64,000 bases of DNA from Dehalococcoidia bacterium. GTDB taxonomy: Bacteria; Chloroflexota; Dehalococcoidia; Lucifugimonadales; UBA3495. How positions within the stretch are numbered: the first letter of the stretch is position 1; each line of letters starts with the position of its first letter. A program made the position numbers and the translations under genes. The notes beneath the pieces were generated by a model. It had not been told where the DNA came from, ran no database searches, and worked only from the letters and a program-made list of their open reading frames with translations. The stretch lies in NCBI GenBank assembly GCA_965220265.1, contig CBDCPM010000001.1, positions 30,803 to 94,802 of the forward strand, written 5' to 3'. Positions 50,111-59,273 of this stretch are shown here, in pieces.

Positions 50111-50515
50111 ATGATGATTGACCGAGAACAGAGATATCGGGACATGGCGATGCGGGGCAAGTACCGGAGACTGTACGCCCACCTCTGCGGCCTGGGCTCC
50201 CGGGAGTGGAACGCTTCCTTCACCGAGGTGGAGGCGGTGCTGGGCTTCCAGCTTCCTGTCTCGGCCCGTATGCACCGGCCCTGGTGGGCCAACCAGAGCC
50301 GAGGGAACGGGCACAGCCACGCCCTGGCCTGGACCACGGCCGGATGGGAGACCGCCCAGGTCGACATGGAAGCCGAGACGCTGCTGTTCCGGCGTAGGGA
50401 GCCCGAGCCCATTGGAAACCTTGATCTCGACGAGTTATGGCCCGTCCACTCTGCCGGCGCGTGGCCGTCAGACCTCAGCCTCCGCCGGGAGGACGTCTAC
50501 CACGAGAGGATTTAA
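50111..50515 (+). CDS. Putative antitoxin of VapC: conserved LP.SAR...WWAN module plus a short VapB-like tail
   Basis: 134 aa, with the ATG after GGAGGccatc. YRRLYAHLCGL...FTEVEAVLGFQLPVSARMHRPWWANQ...HALAWTTAGWE is a widespread module of unknown function. The tail ends LSLRREDVYHERI, and vapC starts 8 nt downstream. Confidence 0.55.
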   Translation: MMIDREQRYRDMAMRGKYRRLYAHLCGLGSREWNASFTEVEAVLGFQLPVSARMHRPWWANQSRGNGHSHALAWTTAGWETAQVDMEAETLLFRRREPEPIGNLDLDELWPVHSAGAWPSDLSLRREDVYHERI

Positions 50516-50523
50516 CTCGGGGG

Positions 50524-50946
50524 ATGTTCGTCGATACCAACATCCTGGTGAACGCCCGCATCCGCGAGGCGCCGCACCACGAAATCGCCAGGGAAGGTTT
50601 GGAAAGCGCCCTTCGCGGTCCCGAACCGCTGTGCATCAGCCGCCAGGTCATGCGCGAGTATCTGGCGGTCGTCACCCGTCCCCAGGCCTGGCCGGTGCCC
50701 ATCACCCGCGGGGAGGCCCTCGACGACATCGGGCGCCTGAGCAGAGCTTTCGAAGTGCTTGAGGATGGCCCGCGGGTGACTGACATGCTGGTGGCCCTGT
50801 GCCGGGACGTCCAGGTGGGAGGCAGGCAGGTCCACGACGCCAACATCGTGGCCACCATGCTGGCCCACGGCGAGCGCCGGCTGCTCACCTTCAACACCGC
50901 GGACTTCCGGCGCTACGGCGGCCGACTTGAACTGGTAACCGGCTGA
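50524..50946 (+). CDS. vapC: PIN-domain toxin VapC
   Basis: MFVDTNILVNA...QVHDANIVATMLAHGERRLLTFNTADFRRY carries the canonical PIN acidic residues and layout. Confidence 0.9.
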   Translation: MFVDTNILVNARIREAPHHEIAREGLESALRGPEPLCISRQVMREYLAVVTRPQAWPVPITRGEALDDIGRLSRAFEVLEDGPRVTDMLVALCRDVQVGGRQVHDANIVATMLAHGERRLLTFNTADFRRYGGRLELVTG

Positions 50947-51121
50947 CTCCCGCCCGGTTCCGTGTCCGGGTCCGCCGACCACGGCAGCCGGCTTGCCGCG
51001 CTGCCGAATTCAGTTTTGTGTTCCCCACGCTCGTATCGAGCGGCTGCAGCCGGCGCTTCCGGCAACCCGGCGTGCGCTGCCCCCTGGCATAATCACATCC
51101 GATGACCATGGAGGTCATGCC

Positions 51122-51595
51122 ATGAAATGGAAAGATCTCATCGACCTGGCGCGGGAGATGGCGACAACTCCGCCGTCTGACCGTCTCCACCAGGCCAAAC
51201 TTCGTCTCGCGGTCGCCACCGTCTATTACGCCATGTACCACGCCCTGGCCCGCAGCAACGCGGACCTGCTGATCGGTCCGTCCGAAACGGAGGGCAGCGC
51301 GCCGGAGTGGAACCGCGTCCACATGGCCCTGGGCGGGGACTCGGCGCATGAGCTGCTGCAGGCCGACTTCTCCCGCCATCCCGAGGCGATCCGGCGGTTC
51401 GTCGATGAGTTCCTCGCCGCGCATGATCAGCGGCTGCTGGCCGAGGAGGACCCGGCGGCCACCTTCACCACCGACCAGGCCCGGGACTGGGTTGATCGAG
51501 CCGAGACGGCCATCGCCGAGTTCCTTACCATAGGGCCCGAACAACGCCGAGCCTTTGCCCTTGAGTTGCTGCCGGTCCAACCATTGGAGAAATAG
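51122..51595 (+). CDS. HEPN-like all-helical protein
   Basis: 157 aa from the ATG at 51122, after GGAGGtcatgcc. AVATVYYAMYHALARSNADLL resembles the HEPN helix (sRaYYA.fHa..all). The usual R..aDY motif is not intact (QRLLAEED). Confidence 0.45.
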   Translation: MKWKDLIDLAREMATTPPSDRLHQAKLRLAVATVYYAMYHALARSNADLLIGPSETEGSAPEWNRVHMALGGDSAHELLQADFSRHPEAIRRFVDEFLAAHDQRLLAEEDPAATFTTDQARDWVDRAETAIAEFLTIGPEQRRAFALELLPVQPLEK

Positions 51596-51616
51596 TTCCC
51601 ATCGGCAGGGCTGTGG

Positions 51617-54256
51617 TCATACGGTGAGGTCCACCGGCGCCCACCCATCGCCGCGGTAGCGCCAGGCATGGCGTGGTCCCTGGCCGAGGATGACCACAGC
51701 CCCGCAGCCGGAGCCCAGTATCCGCTGGGCCACGTCCATGGGGAACTCGCTCACCGGCTTGACCTCCGCGTAGGCTTCGAGGTCGCTCAGCACTATCCGG
51801 AAATCGGGGATCCAGCCGCTGAACCGCGCCGGCTCGTACTCCCAGGAGATGCCCTGCCGGTCGAAGTACGCCGCCCACCGGGCCTCCAGCTGACTGCGGA
51901 AGGTGACGCCGCCGTACTCGGTGATGACGGGAGTCTGCTCGGCACCCAGGGTGTGGGGAGCTACGTCGGTGGCCCACCGGTGCAGCGCGGCGGCGGTGCC
52001 CTCCCTCAGCAATCGGTCCCTTTCAGAACGCTGTCCCGGCTGGCGGGTGATCTCGAGGAGCGCCTGGGTGTAGCGGCCTAGGTTGTCGGCCACGGCCTTT
52101 GACAGTCCCAACCCGCCGCCCACCTTGTCCCAGATGACGATGGCGCGGCGCACCTCGCTGCTGCGGCCGTCGCGCACCACCTGGACGTTCTGGTGCGTGG
52201 TGCGGACGTCGGCGGGGTGGACCGACTCCCGGCTGCACATGACGGTCCGCAGGGCTCGGGCCACGTCGCGCCTGGTGCTGGCGTCGTCGAACCAGTCCTC
52301 CCAGATGATGATCAGCGTCGCGGTGGTGCGCAGGTTGGTCACCACCTCGGGGATGCCCTCAACGTCGTAGTGAACGTCTCGCCACTCGACGTCGCCCCCC
52401 TCCCGGATGGAGCAACCGACGATCCGTTCCCAGGTCACCGCCTGGGCGTGGGTGCCGTACTCCAGGTGGCCCAGGTCTGACACCCGGGGCTCCTGCAACG
52501 TGACCGTGGCGCCGCTGCGCGTGATGGGCCTGGTCTCCCGGGGCGGAGCGTGGCGCGCCGTGATCACCGTCTCGCCGCCCGACTCCCGCCAGGCCAGGAT
52601 GGAGTAGCTCTGCTTGGCGTGGAAGTAGGTGGCCAGCGGATAGGCGTCTCGCGCCGCCTCCCGGCGGGTCACCTCGCTGGTCAATAGTTCGGTTTCGCCG
52701 CCCGGCATCAGTTGCACGATGCGCGCTCGCCCGTCGGCAGCGTCCCGGATATCGTTGCGGTGAGGTTGCTGCGGGTCCCCAGTCTGGAACTCCGGCGCGT
52801 AGTGGTCACCGCGGGCGATCTCACGCAGCGTCTGGGGCAGCTGCTCCGGCCAGGCGTCGGTGGGCGACGGGATGGCGCGCTCCATCCCGTTGAGATCGGT
52901 TTCCTTGGCCAGGCAGCGGCCGTGGGTGTTCCTGATGTTGGGATTGGACGGATACAGCCGGGCCGGCTCCACCGGCTGGCCCCAGTAGGTCTCGAGGCTG
53001 TCCTCGTGGAACTGGAAGGCGTGGCGCGGCGCCACGATGATGAACCGGCCTGGACCGGTGCGTCCCACCCGTCCGGCCCGCTGTTTCACCTGCCCCACCG
53101 AGTGGGGCAGCCCCAGGTTGAAGCCCACCTGCAGGTCGGGGATGTCCATGCCCATCTCCATGGCGCTGGTGCTGGCGATGCCGCGAATGTCGCCGATCCT
53201 GAGCGCCTCCTCGATGCGCTCCCGGCGCATCAGGCCGGAGCGGTAGGCCATGGCGTCCCGGGACTCCACGATGATGGCGTCCTCGGTGATGCTGCGGGCG
53301 GCCTCGATACCGGCGGCGGCGCGCTCCGCCAGTTGCCGGTCGTCGATGAAGGCGATGTACGACCGGTCGGGGTCCTCGCTGATCACCTCCCGCACCGCCG
53401 CCTGCAGGTCCCGCCAGCCCTCGTCGTGGGGCTCACGGCCGACGACGTGCTGCACGGTGAGCTCGGCGCGGGGGCTGCCGTCGTACCGGTCGTCCACCAC
53501 CTGGAAGGGGAGGCCCGTGAGCGTTTCGAGGTGCTGGGCCGGGTTGTGGATGGTGGCGCTGGCCGCGATGATACGCAGGGGCTCGAACTGCGCCATCAGT
53601 TCCCGGCGCTTCTGCTGCAGGCGGTGCAGCAGGTAGAGGCAGTGGGTGCCCAGCGCGCCGTCGTAGGTGTGGGCCTCGTCCAGGATGAGAAACGCCAGGT
53701 TGGAAATGAAGCGCCTGACGTTGTACTGGGTGTTCTGCACTTCTCTCAGGTCGTGGCGCAGTGGCCGTCTGCCGTAGAGGGGCTCGGAGTAGGCCATCAG
53801 CCACTGCTGGATCACGTCGGGGGTCATCAATGCCAGGCGGGTACGCTGCAGGATCTGCCGCCGCTCGGTGAGGTCGCGCACGTCGCCGTCGATGCGGTTG
53901 ATGGCGTCGGGATCCAGGCCGGCGGCCTCCGCCATGCCCTGCCAGCGAATGACCTGGTCCCGGGCCAGGGCCTTGATGGGGTAGACGGCGATGGCCGTGG
54001 CGTTGGGGTGGTTTGCAAGGTGATCCAGGGTGGGCGCCTGGAAAACCAGGGACTTGCCGCTGGCGGTGCCGGTGCTGATCACCAGGTTGTGCTCCTGGCC
54101 CACGAGCTCCAAACCCATGGCCTGGTGCAGGTACAGCTGGCCATCGCCCGTCTGGGCCTGCACCGCGGGCCAGACGGGGCTGGCGGTCAGCCAGGCAGGG
54201 GCATCGCCGTGGCGGGCCTCCTGGCCGGGGATGGTGATCTCGTCGTGAATCTCCAC
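51617..54256 (-). CDS. DEAD/DEAH-box SF2 helicase (YprA/Lhr-like core) fused to a C-terminal PD-(D/E)xK nuclease module
   Basis: 879 aa. The helicase motifs are STGTASGKSL (I), FLILDEAHTY (II), AASATI (III) and VKQRAGRVGRTG (VI). The last about 100 aa, FRSQLEARWAAYFDRQGISWEYEPARFSGWIPDFRIVLSDLEAYAEVKP, match the small F.S.lEa....l......ye......Y.PDF......EVK endonuclease fold. A GTG start lies 6 nt after the RelE stop. Confidence 0.8.
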   Translation of the reverse strand: MEIHDEITIPGQEARHGDAPAWLTASPVWPAVQAQTGDGQLYLHQAMGLELVGQEHNLVISTGTASGKSLVFQAPTLDHLANHPNATAIAVYPIKALARDQVIRWQGMAEAAGLDPDAINRIDGDVRDLTERRQILQRTRLALMTPDVIQQWLMAYSEPLYGRRPLRHDLREVQNTQYNVRRFISNLAFLILDEAHTYDGALGTHCLYLLHRLQQKRRELMAQFEPLRIIAASATIHNPAQHLETLTGLPFQVVDDRYDGSPRAELTVQHVVGREPHDEGWRDLQAAVREVISEDPDRSYIAFIDDRQLAERAAAGIEAARSITEDAIIVESRDAMAYRSGLMRRERIEEALRIGDIRGIASTSAMEMGMDIPDLQVGFNLGLPHSVGQVKQRAGRVGRTGPGRFIIVAPRHAFQFHEDSLETYWGQPVEPARLYPSNPNIRNTHGRCLAKETDLNGMERAIPSPTDAWPEQLPQTLREIARGDHYAPEFQTGDPQQPHRNDIRDAADGRARIVQLMPGGETELLTSEVTRREAARDAYPLATYFHAKQSYSILAWRESGGETVITARHAPPRETRPITRSGATVTLQEPRVSDLGHLEYGTHAQAVTWERIVGCSIREGGDVEWRDVHYDVEGIPEVVTNLRTTATLIIIWEDWFDDASTRRDVARALRTVMCSRESVHPADVRTTHQNVQVVRDGRSSEVRRAIVIWDKVGGGLGLSKAVADNLGRYTQALLEITRQPGQRSERDRLLREGTAAALHRWATDVAPHTLGAEQTPVITEYGGVTFRSQLEARWAAYFDRQGISWEYEPARFSGWIPDFRIVLSDLEAYAEVKPVSEFPMDVAQRILGSGCGAVVILGQGPRHAWRYRGDGWAPVDLTV

Positions 54257-54262
54257 GGTGTA

Positions 54263-54523
54263 CTACCTGCGACGGTACGATTCGCGTCGGTGAGCGACGC
54301 GCACCACCAGGATGATCAGCTCGTCGTCCAGCAGTTCGTACAGGATGCGGTGGTCGCCCACCCGCTGGCGGCGCAACCCCCGCAACCCGCCCTTCAGCGG
54401 GCTGCCGGCCAGCGGGTGTTCCCCCAGTGCGTCGATGGCCGCGATGACCCGCTCCCTGGCCTCTCGGGGCAGTTGCGCCAACTCCCGTTGGGCGCTGCCC
54501 CTAATCCGGATCGAGTAGCTCAC
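54263..54523 (-). CDS. RelE/ParE-family toxin
   Basis: 86 aa. LRRQRVGDHRILYELLDDELIILVVRVAHRRESY is the RelE/ParE C-terminal signature. Confidence 0.85.
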   Translation of the reverse strand: MSYSIRIRGSAQRELAQLPREARERVIAAIDALGEHPLAGSPLKGGLRGLRRQRVGDHRILYELLDDELIILVVRVAHRRESYRRR

Positions 54524-54722
54524 GCCTGACCTCGTCCCAGTCCAGGACCGGATCGGAGGGATCCCGCAGCCGCTCCAGGGCCACGGTCAGGTCGTCGAAG
54601 TCCTCCAGGTAGCTCTCCAGGGCCTGCCGGATCACCTCGGCGCGACTGCGGTTGAGAGCCGCTGCCGCCGTGTCCAAGGCCTCGGCCACTTCATCGGGCA
54701 CTCGGGCGGTGATCTGTGCCAT
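54501..54722 (-). CDS. RHH-type antitoxin
   Basis: The ATG at 54722 follows GAGG. MAQITARVPDEVAEALDTAAAALNRSRAEVIRQALESYL is a ribbon-helix-helix. It overlaps the toxin start by 23 nt. Confidence 0.8.
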   Translation of the reverse strand: MAQITARVPDEVAEALDTAAAALNRSRAEVIRQALESYLEDFDDLTVALERLRDPSDPVLDWDEVRRELLDPD

Positions 54723-54812
54723 TGCTGGAAACCTCGAGTAGGCGTGATTACCGTTGATGTCACTGACATTGTACGCAATCACGATAGCCGAAGCCACCAG
54801 GCGTCGTCAACG

Positions 54813-55127
54813 TCACTCAAACTCCGTGGGCTTCGTTGATGCGGCGCAGCACATCGGTCCACAGGCCTTCAGATCACCGGCGCGAGTGTCAAAGGCGTGG
54901 CCGGCCGGGATCCGTTCGCCGCACCAGCCGCAGATCCGCTGGAGCAGGGCAGCGCGCAACGCCTCCGGAAACGACGCCGGATCCAGCGCAGACCGGTGGT
55001 TGCGGCAGTACCAGTCGGCCAGGTCGTCGGCGATGGCCGGAATCGACTGCTCCACTATGTCCAGAGTGAGACCATCCTGCCATTCGGCGAAACGGCGCAT
55101 CCGGTCATCGGTCATTGCATTCTCCAT
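54813..55127 (-). CDS. Hypothetical protein with a Cys-rich C-terminus
   Basis: 104-aa ORF. The C-terminus reads CGWCGERIP...CGPMCC. I recognised no family. Confidence 0.45.
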   Translation of the reverse strand: MENAMTDDRMRRFAEWQDGLTLDIVEQSIPAIADDLADWYCRNHRSALDPASFPEALRAALLQRICGWCGERIPAGHAFDTRAGDLKACGPMCCAASTKPTEFE

Positions 55128-55158
55128 GCTCTTTCCGTGAGCGCGGCCTCGCGCGGAC

Positions 55159-55578
55159 CTACACTGATGGAAACTTCCGGGGAAGCGGGCGACTGATCGC
55201 CGGCACTCCGGTGTAGACGAGGACGTCTATCTGTCCCTCGACACTGGGTCTGGGCAATGTTACGTTCGCTTTGAGAATGGGCTTTCGCTTGCTGCAATAT
55301 CCAGCGAACAGGATCATCTCTGGCGGGGCCGGGTCTAGGTACAGCACTGCCACGGTGCGCTGGTCGTTCTCCCTAGGCCTGAGTTTGGCAAGCAGTTCCG
55401 GCAGGGTGTCGGCGATCATGAGCCGCTGGTCGGAGTTCATGCCGGCCCATTGGTGAGGGTGCTGGAGCGTCAGGCTTTCGCATTCTTCCCGCAGGCAGGT
55501 CGAGATGGCTTCGTACTCGATCATCAGGGCTGATATGCGTCCCGCTTCCGCGGGTGTTACGGGCGCTGGTTGGCTCAT
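55159..55578 (-). CDS. Hypothetical protein (139 aa), possibly a degenerate retropepsin-like fold
   Basis: The ATG at 55578 follows GGAGGtgtg. The C-terminal GQIDVLVYTGVPA resembles the DTGA motif of clan AA proteases, but with Y in place of D. Confidence 0.45.
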   Translation of the reverse strand: MSQPAPVTPAEAGRISALMIEYEAISTCLREECESLTLQHPHQWAGMNSDQRLMIADTLPELLAKLRPRENDQRTVAVLYLDPAPPEMILFAGYCSKRKPILKANVTLPRPSVEGQIDVLVYTGVPAISRPLPRKFPSV

Positions 55579-56260
55579 CACACCTCCGCAACGCCCCTGG
55601 TACGCTGATTCTCCGTTTAGCCAAGCTCCACCACCCCGTTGGTGGTGCGCCGTCCACCGGCGGGGTGGCACTTGACTCCTTTGCCCCTTCGGTCGCGGGG
55701 AACAGCGCTATGAGTCGTTCTTCCTGGGGCCTCCGATGTCTGTCGCTGTGAAGAGGAAGCTGGCCGTGAAACTGTACTCCAATGGCGCGTGCCAGCCAAG
55801 GATGTGGGGGGACTCCGCCATGGAGATTGCCAGGTTCGGTCCGACCAGAATCCTTCCGAACTCCGCCGTCGCCCATTGTACCGCCATTGGCAATGGTCAC
55901 CACGTTACCCGACGTAATGGAGGTTGTGCGAATCAACCGAGTATCATAGATAAGAGCCTCCAACCGACTACCGTGCTTCGACTTCGCTGAGTCGATCTCG
56001 CCACCAGCGGTTTCCGGGTGGACCTACCGTTCACATGGTTCCTGAATAACTTCACCAAATTAGCTGGAGCCTGTCAGCCGAATGTGTCCGCAAAACGAGT
56101 TGTCTGGCCTTGTTAGCCGTTAGATCCACCACGGACTTCTCAGGTCACATTCCGGTCGACGAACCAAGACGCTTTTCGCTGCGGTGGCCAAACGCCCGTG
56201 TCACTCGGAGGTAGGAGCGGCTTCAGAAACCAATCTCCCAGATAAGGAGAACAGCAACCT

Positions 56261-57049
56261 ATGCCAAAGTTTGAGTTTATCGGCGTGGACGGGTGTCCTT
56301 GCGGTTGGTTCAGCGTCGGGTTCAGCAGAAGTGGCAAGTACGATTTTAAAACGTTCCCCACATTTAGATGCCTTCTGGACCATTACTGCGCAGCCACTTC
56401 GATCCTGGTGGACATTCCCATCGGACTTCCAACCGGCTCCGAGGGACGGATCTGCGACAAGGAGGTTAGGAAGAAATTGGGCAAGCGCGGAAGCAGTGTT
56501 TTCCCGGCACCGACCAGGAGAACGGTAGAGCACGTTGCCCAGCATCCGGACGATTACAAGGGCGCCAAATCAGCTGCGATGGGGAGTTCCGGTAAATCCA
56601 TCAGCAAGCAGACATTTGCAATTTCGCACAAGATTGCTGACGTGGATGACGCACTGCTCAATTACGGCGGAGGGAGGGTATTCAACGTCCGGGAAATTCA
56701 TCCAGAAGTTCTCTTCTGGGCATTCAACAACAGGAATGCTATGACATTCAGGAAAAAGGAGAGAGGAGGGAAGGGGATAGACGAACGCATCCGTGTCCTT
56801 GAACAGGTAGAGCCACGAACAAGAGCGATTTACGATAAAGCATGCGCGAAGTTTTTGAGGAAGGACGTAGCGAGGGACGATATTCTCGATGCTCTTGCTG
56901 CAGCAGTAACCGCCCGAATGGGTTCGGAGCAGATCCAGAAGTTTCCGATGGGGCTTGAAGAGTCGCCGACAGATGGCAGGGAGCTGTCGATGGAGATGGT
57001 TTTCTGGATTCCCAATCGCGAAAATGCGGCGATAACAGACGATAATTGA
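56261..57049 (+). CDS. DUF429 domain protein (predicted RNase H-like nuclease)
   Basis: FIGVDGCPCGWF, RICDKEVRKKLGKRGSSVFPAP, EIHPEVLFW and DDILDALAAAVTA match the DUF429 conserved blocks. Confidence 0.75.
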   Translation: MPKFEFIGVDGCPCGWFSVGFSRSGKYDFKTFPTFRCLLDHYCAATSILVDIPIGLPTGSEGRICDKEVRKKLGKRGSSVFPAPTRRTVEHVAQHPDDYKGAKSAAMGSSGKSISKQTFAISHKIADVDDALLNYGGGRVFNVREIHPEVLFWAFNNRNAMTFRKKERGGKGIDERIRVLEQVEPRTRAIYDKACAKFLRKDVARDDILDALAAAVTARMGSEQIQKFPMGLEESPTDGRELSMEMVFWIPNRENAAITDDN

Positions 57050-57053
57050 GGCC

Positions 57054-58559
57054 TTAGGGTCGGTGTCCACGCCCGCCATGCACATTATGAATAAGGTTGG
57101 ACGCGAAGTCCTTCGTATCTCCCTTCATCACAACTCCCCGGATTGGGACTGATTTTTTGGTCGGCGCGGAAAGGTTTTCAGCGTGCACCACGCATTCGAC
57201 CATTCCCTTCACGTGGTCGTCTGTAAAGTTGACGCAGAGTTCGACATCAAAATATTCTTCCCCAGTGCCATGCCGCCACTGTTCGCATTCCAAGCTGAAT
57301 GACTTAACCGGTTCGTCCGGACGTGTGGGCTTGTAGTAAAAAGCGTTTGGGTCCCGCCTTCGGTCCTGTTCTCCCCCCAACCAATCCGGATATAACGCAG
57401 ACTCGGGTAACATGAGGCGGTCCATGAGCCCGGGAAGCGGGTTGAAAGCCGAGACCCAGCGGCCTTGGGGTGGCTCCGGAGGAAACGGAAGTTCTAAACT
57501 CGTTCCGTTTGCTATATCGAGTTTGTCATCCATCTCATGCCACGGCGGCGACACCTCGAAGTTGCCTCTTGCGACGATATCAACCAGCGTGTCTTTGCCG
57601 GGGCGCGTCCCGCGGTTCTCCACGAGAAAACGAAACGCCGGACGACCCGAACTTTGTTGCAAGGCGAGGTGCAGGTTGGACAATATGCTCTGGCACTCGT
57701 CGATCCACCTCGGGTAATCCCGGTCGCGGTATCTGGCGATCTCATCCCCTGACGCGGGGACGAACACATCCGCCGCCCTTGCCTGCATCATGATGCGTTC
57801 CAAGGGCGATACCGCAGTGGAGTTTCCCCGTGTCGTTCGTTCATTCGGACCGAAGTACTTGCTTATCGGGCATCTGGACTTCAGAGCTTGGATCAGTTCC
57901 GAGATGTCGGCCTCGGTCAGGGGCTCGAAGACCTGGCACTCGAATTCCAGCTTTTCAACCTCCTGCCCCTGGTTGGTCACGCACCGAATCAGAAAATCGG
58001 GCTCAACTTTCCTCAGACGGTTGACCTCTTCCCGTAAGCGAGCGTTTTCGCGTTCCGCTGGATTGTTCTCGGGTGGAAGGATCCAATCCTCGGGTATGGG
58101 CTCAAAGGGCAGGCCCAGGCCCCTTGCCGTCATCATGGGACCGCCGTCGTGGGTCAGAAGGCGCACGTCCGCGCCAGAATGCTCACGACTGTATTTGTGG
58201 CAGCAACCGACAATCTCATCGTCCGGCTTGCCGTAATCGAGACGGTCCTCCAGTTCTAGGCTGGGCCTGCTCAGCGCTTCCAGATGCAGTTCGACCCGTG
58301 GACCGCTTTCTCGGATCAGCTCGTGGCCGTCTTTGCCGGTGGCGATGTTCCGGAACACCTGATACGTCTTCCGGGCGCGTTGGCTCACCCGGTCGTTGCC
58401 CCGATTCTTCTGGTTATCGATCTCTCTTTGAACCGGGCGGCACACCAGCAGATGCACCTCGTCGAAGTCGTGCCATTGAGTCCAATCGATTTGCTCCAGA
58501 GGGAGACATTGAATGAACAGGTTGGTATCGGGAAAAAGATATAGAACCCTGGCCGGCAT
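57054..58559 (-). CDS. PIN-like domain protein with a large uncharacterised C-terminal region (501 aa)
   Basis: The N-terminal LYLFPDTNLFIQC...REIDNQK...DDEIVGCC...VRLLTHDGGPMMTARGLG fits a PIN-like fold (DTN, D, D). It is followed by a coiled-coil (ERENARLREEVNRLRK) and 300 aa of unknown function. GC is lower here, about 52%. Confidence 0.65.
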   Translation of the reverse strand: MPARVLYLFPDTNLFIQCLPLEQIDWTQWHDFDEVHLLVCRPVQREIDNQKNRGNDRVSQRARKTYQVFRNIATGKDGHELIRESGPRVELHLEALSRPSLELEDRLDYGKPDDEIVGCCHKYSREHSGADVRLLTHDGGPMMTARGLGLPFEPIPEDWILPPENNPAERENARLREEVNRLRKVEPDFLIRCVTNQGQEVEKLEFECQVFEPLTEADISELIQALKSRCPISKYFGPNERTTRGNSTAVSPLERIMMQARAADVFVPASGDEIARYRDRDYPRWIDECQSILSNLHLALQQSSGRPAFRFLVENRGTRPGKDTLVDIVARGNFEVSPPWHEMDDKLDIANGTSLELPFPPEPPQGRWVSAFNPLPGLMDRLMLPESALYPDWLGGEQDRRRDPNAFYYKPTRPDEPVKSFSLECEQWRHGTGEEYFDVELCVNFTDDHVKGMVECVVHAENLSAPTKKSVPIRGVVMKGDTKDFASNLIHNVHGGRGHRP

Positions 58560-58731
58560 CTTCTCTCCTCAATTTCGGGCACGTCGAGATCGGAGACCAC
58601 GGCTACTACGCTGGAGGATCGTTCCCGAGCTCTGGTCAGCCGGTCACACCGCATCCGAGCAGTTCGTCGCATCACCTACCGGCGCAGATCATGGACCGCC
58701 TATGACTGTCCCTGCATGGCTCTGTTCAATC

Positions 58732-59169
58732 TCAGCTGTAGCGCGTTTCCACGTCTAGTATGTAGGCGAACATCCAGTCCCTGGTCCACAACCGCTGGGG
58801 CACCGGCTTAGAATCGTAGGCGTCTTTTGATACCCCGATCCATAATACGGTGTCATCTTCGTACCGCTCGACCCTTGCCGTCGGTATTTCCTTTTGTATC
58901 TGATCTTGGGCTTGCCACAGGGTCTCGTAGATGGGGCGATGCAACTGTTTATCATCGAACCGCAGCCCCACCGAGTCCTGGCCATCCTCGTCCAGGACCA
59001 GCATATGAACGATGCCTTCGTATCCGGTATGGAAGGCTCGCCAGCGTCCGCTGAAACCGTGCTGCTGCGGGTTAATAGCGTCGATGCCACGGTCCCTCAG
59101 TCGCTCCGTCAGCGGGAGGTAAAACTGACTGTAGGCCTCTTGGCCGAAATCCCCAGCGGTATCCGTCAC
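58732..59169 (-). CDS. DUF4268-like protein
   Basis: 145 aa. The overall pattern (F...L...L...., W.AF, V.L.F......n..iYe.L......I..E.......W, W...L) resembles DUF4268. This is recalled from memory only. Confidence 0.4.
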   Translation of the reverse strand: MTDTAGDFGQEAYSQFYLPLTERLRDRGIDAINPQQHGFSGRWRAFHTGYEGIVHMLVLDEDGQDSVGLRFDDKQLHRPIYETLWQAQDQIQKEIPTARVERYEDDTVLWIGVSKDAYDSKPVPQRLWTRDWMFAYILDVETRYS

Positions 59170-59228
59170 ACCGTTGCCCCCGTTTGTAGATTGCCAACCG
59201 CACCAAAGCTTCGGCTGTGGTATTAGTA

Positions 59229-59266
59229 TTGTATGCTATTGAGTATAATTACTCAATAGCATACAA
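59229..59266. promoter_or_regulatory. Perfect 17-bp-arm palindrome overlapping a TATAAT box (operator/promoter)
   Basis: The arms are TTGTATGCTATTGAGTA and TACTCAATAGCATACAA, separated by the 4-nt spacer TAAT. TATAAT lies at 59244-59249, and the ATG of the ATPase gene is at 59274. Confidence 0.65.
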
Positions 59267-59273
59267 TGAGTCC

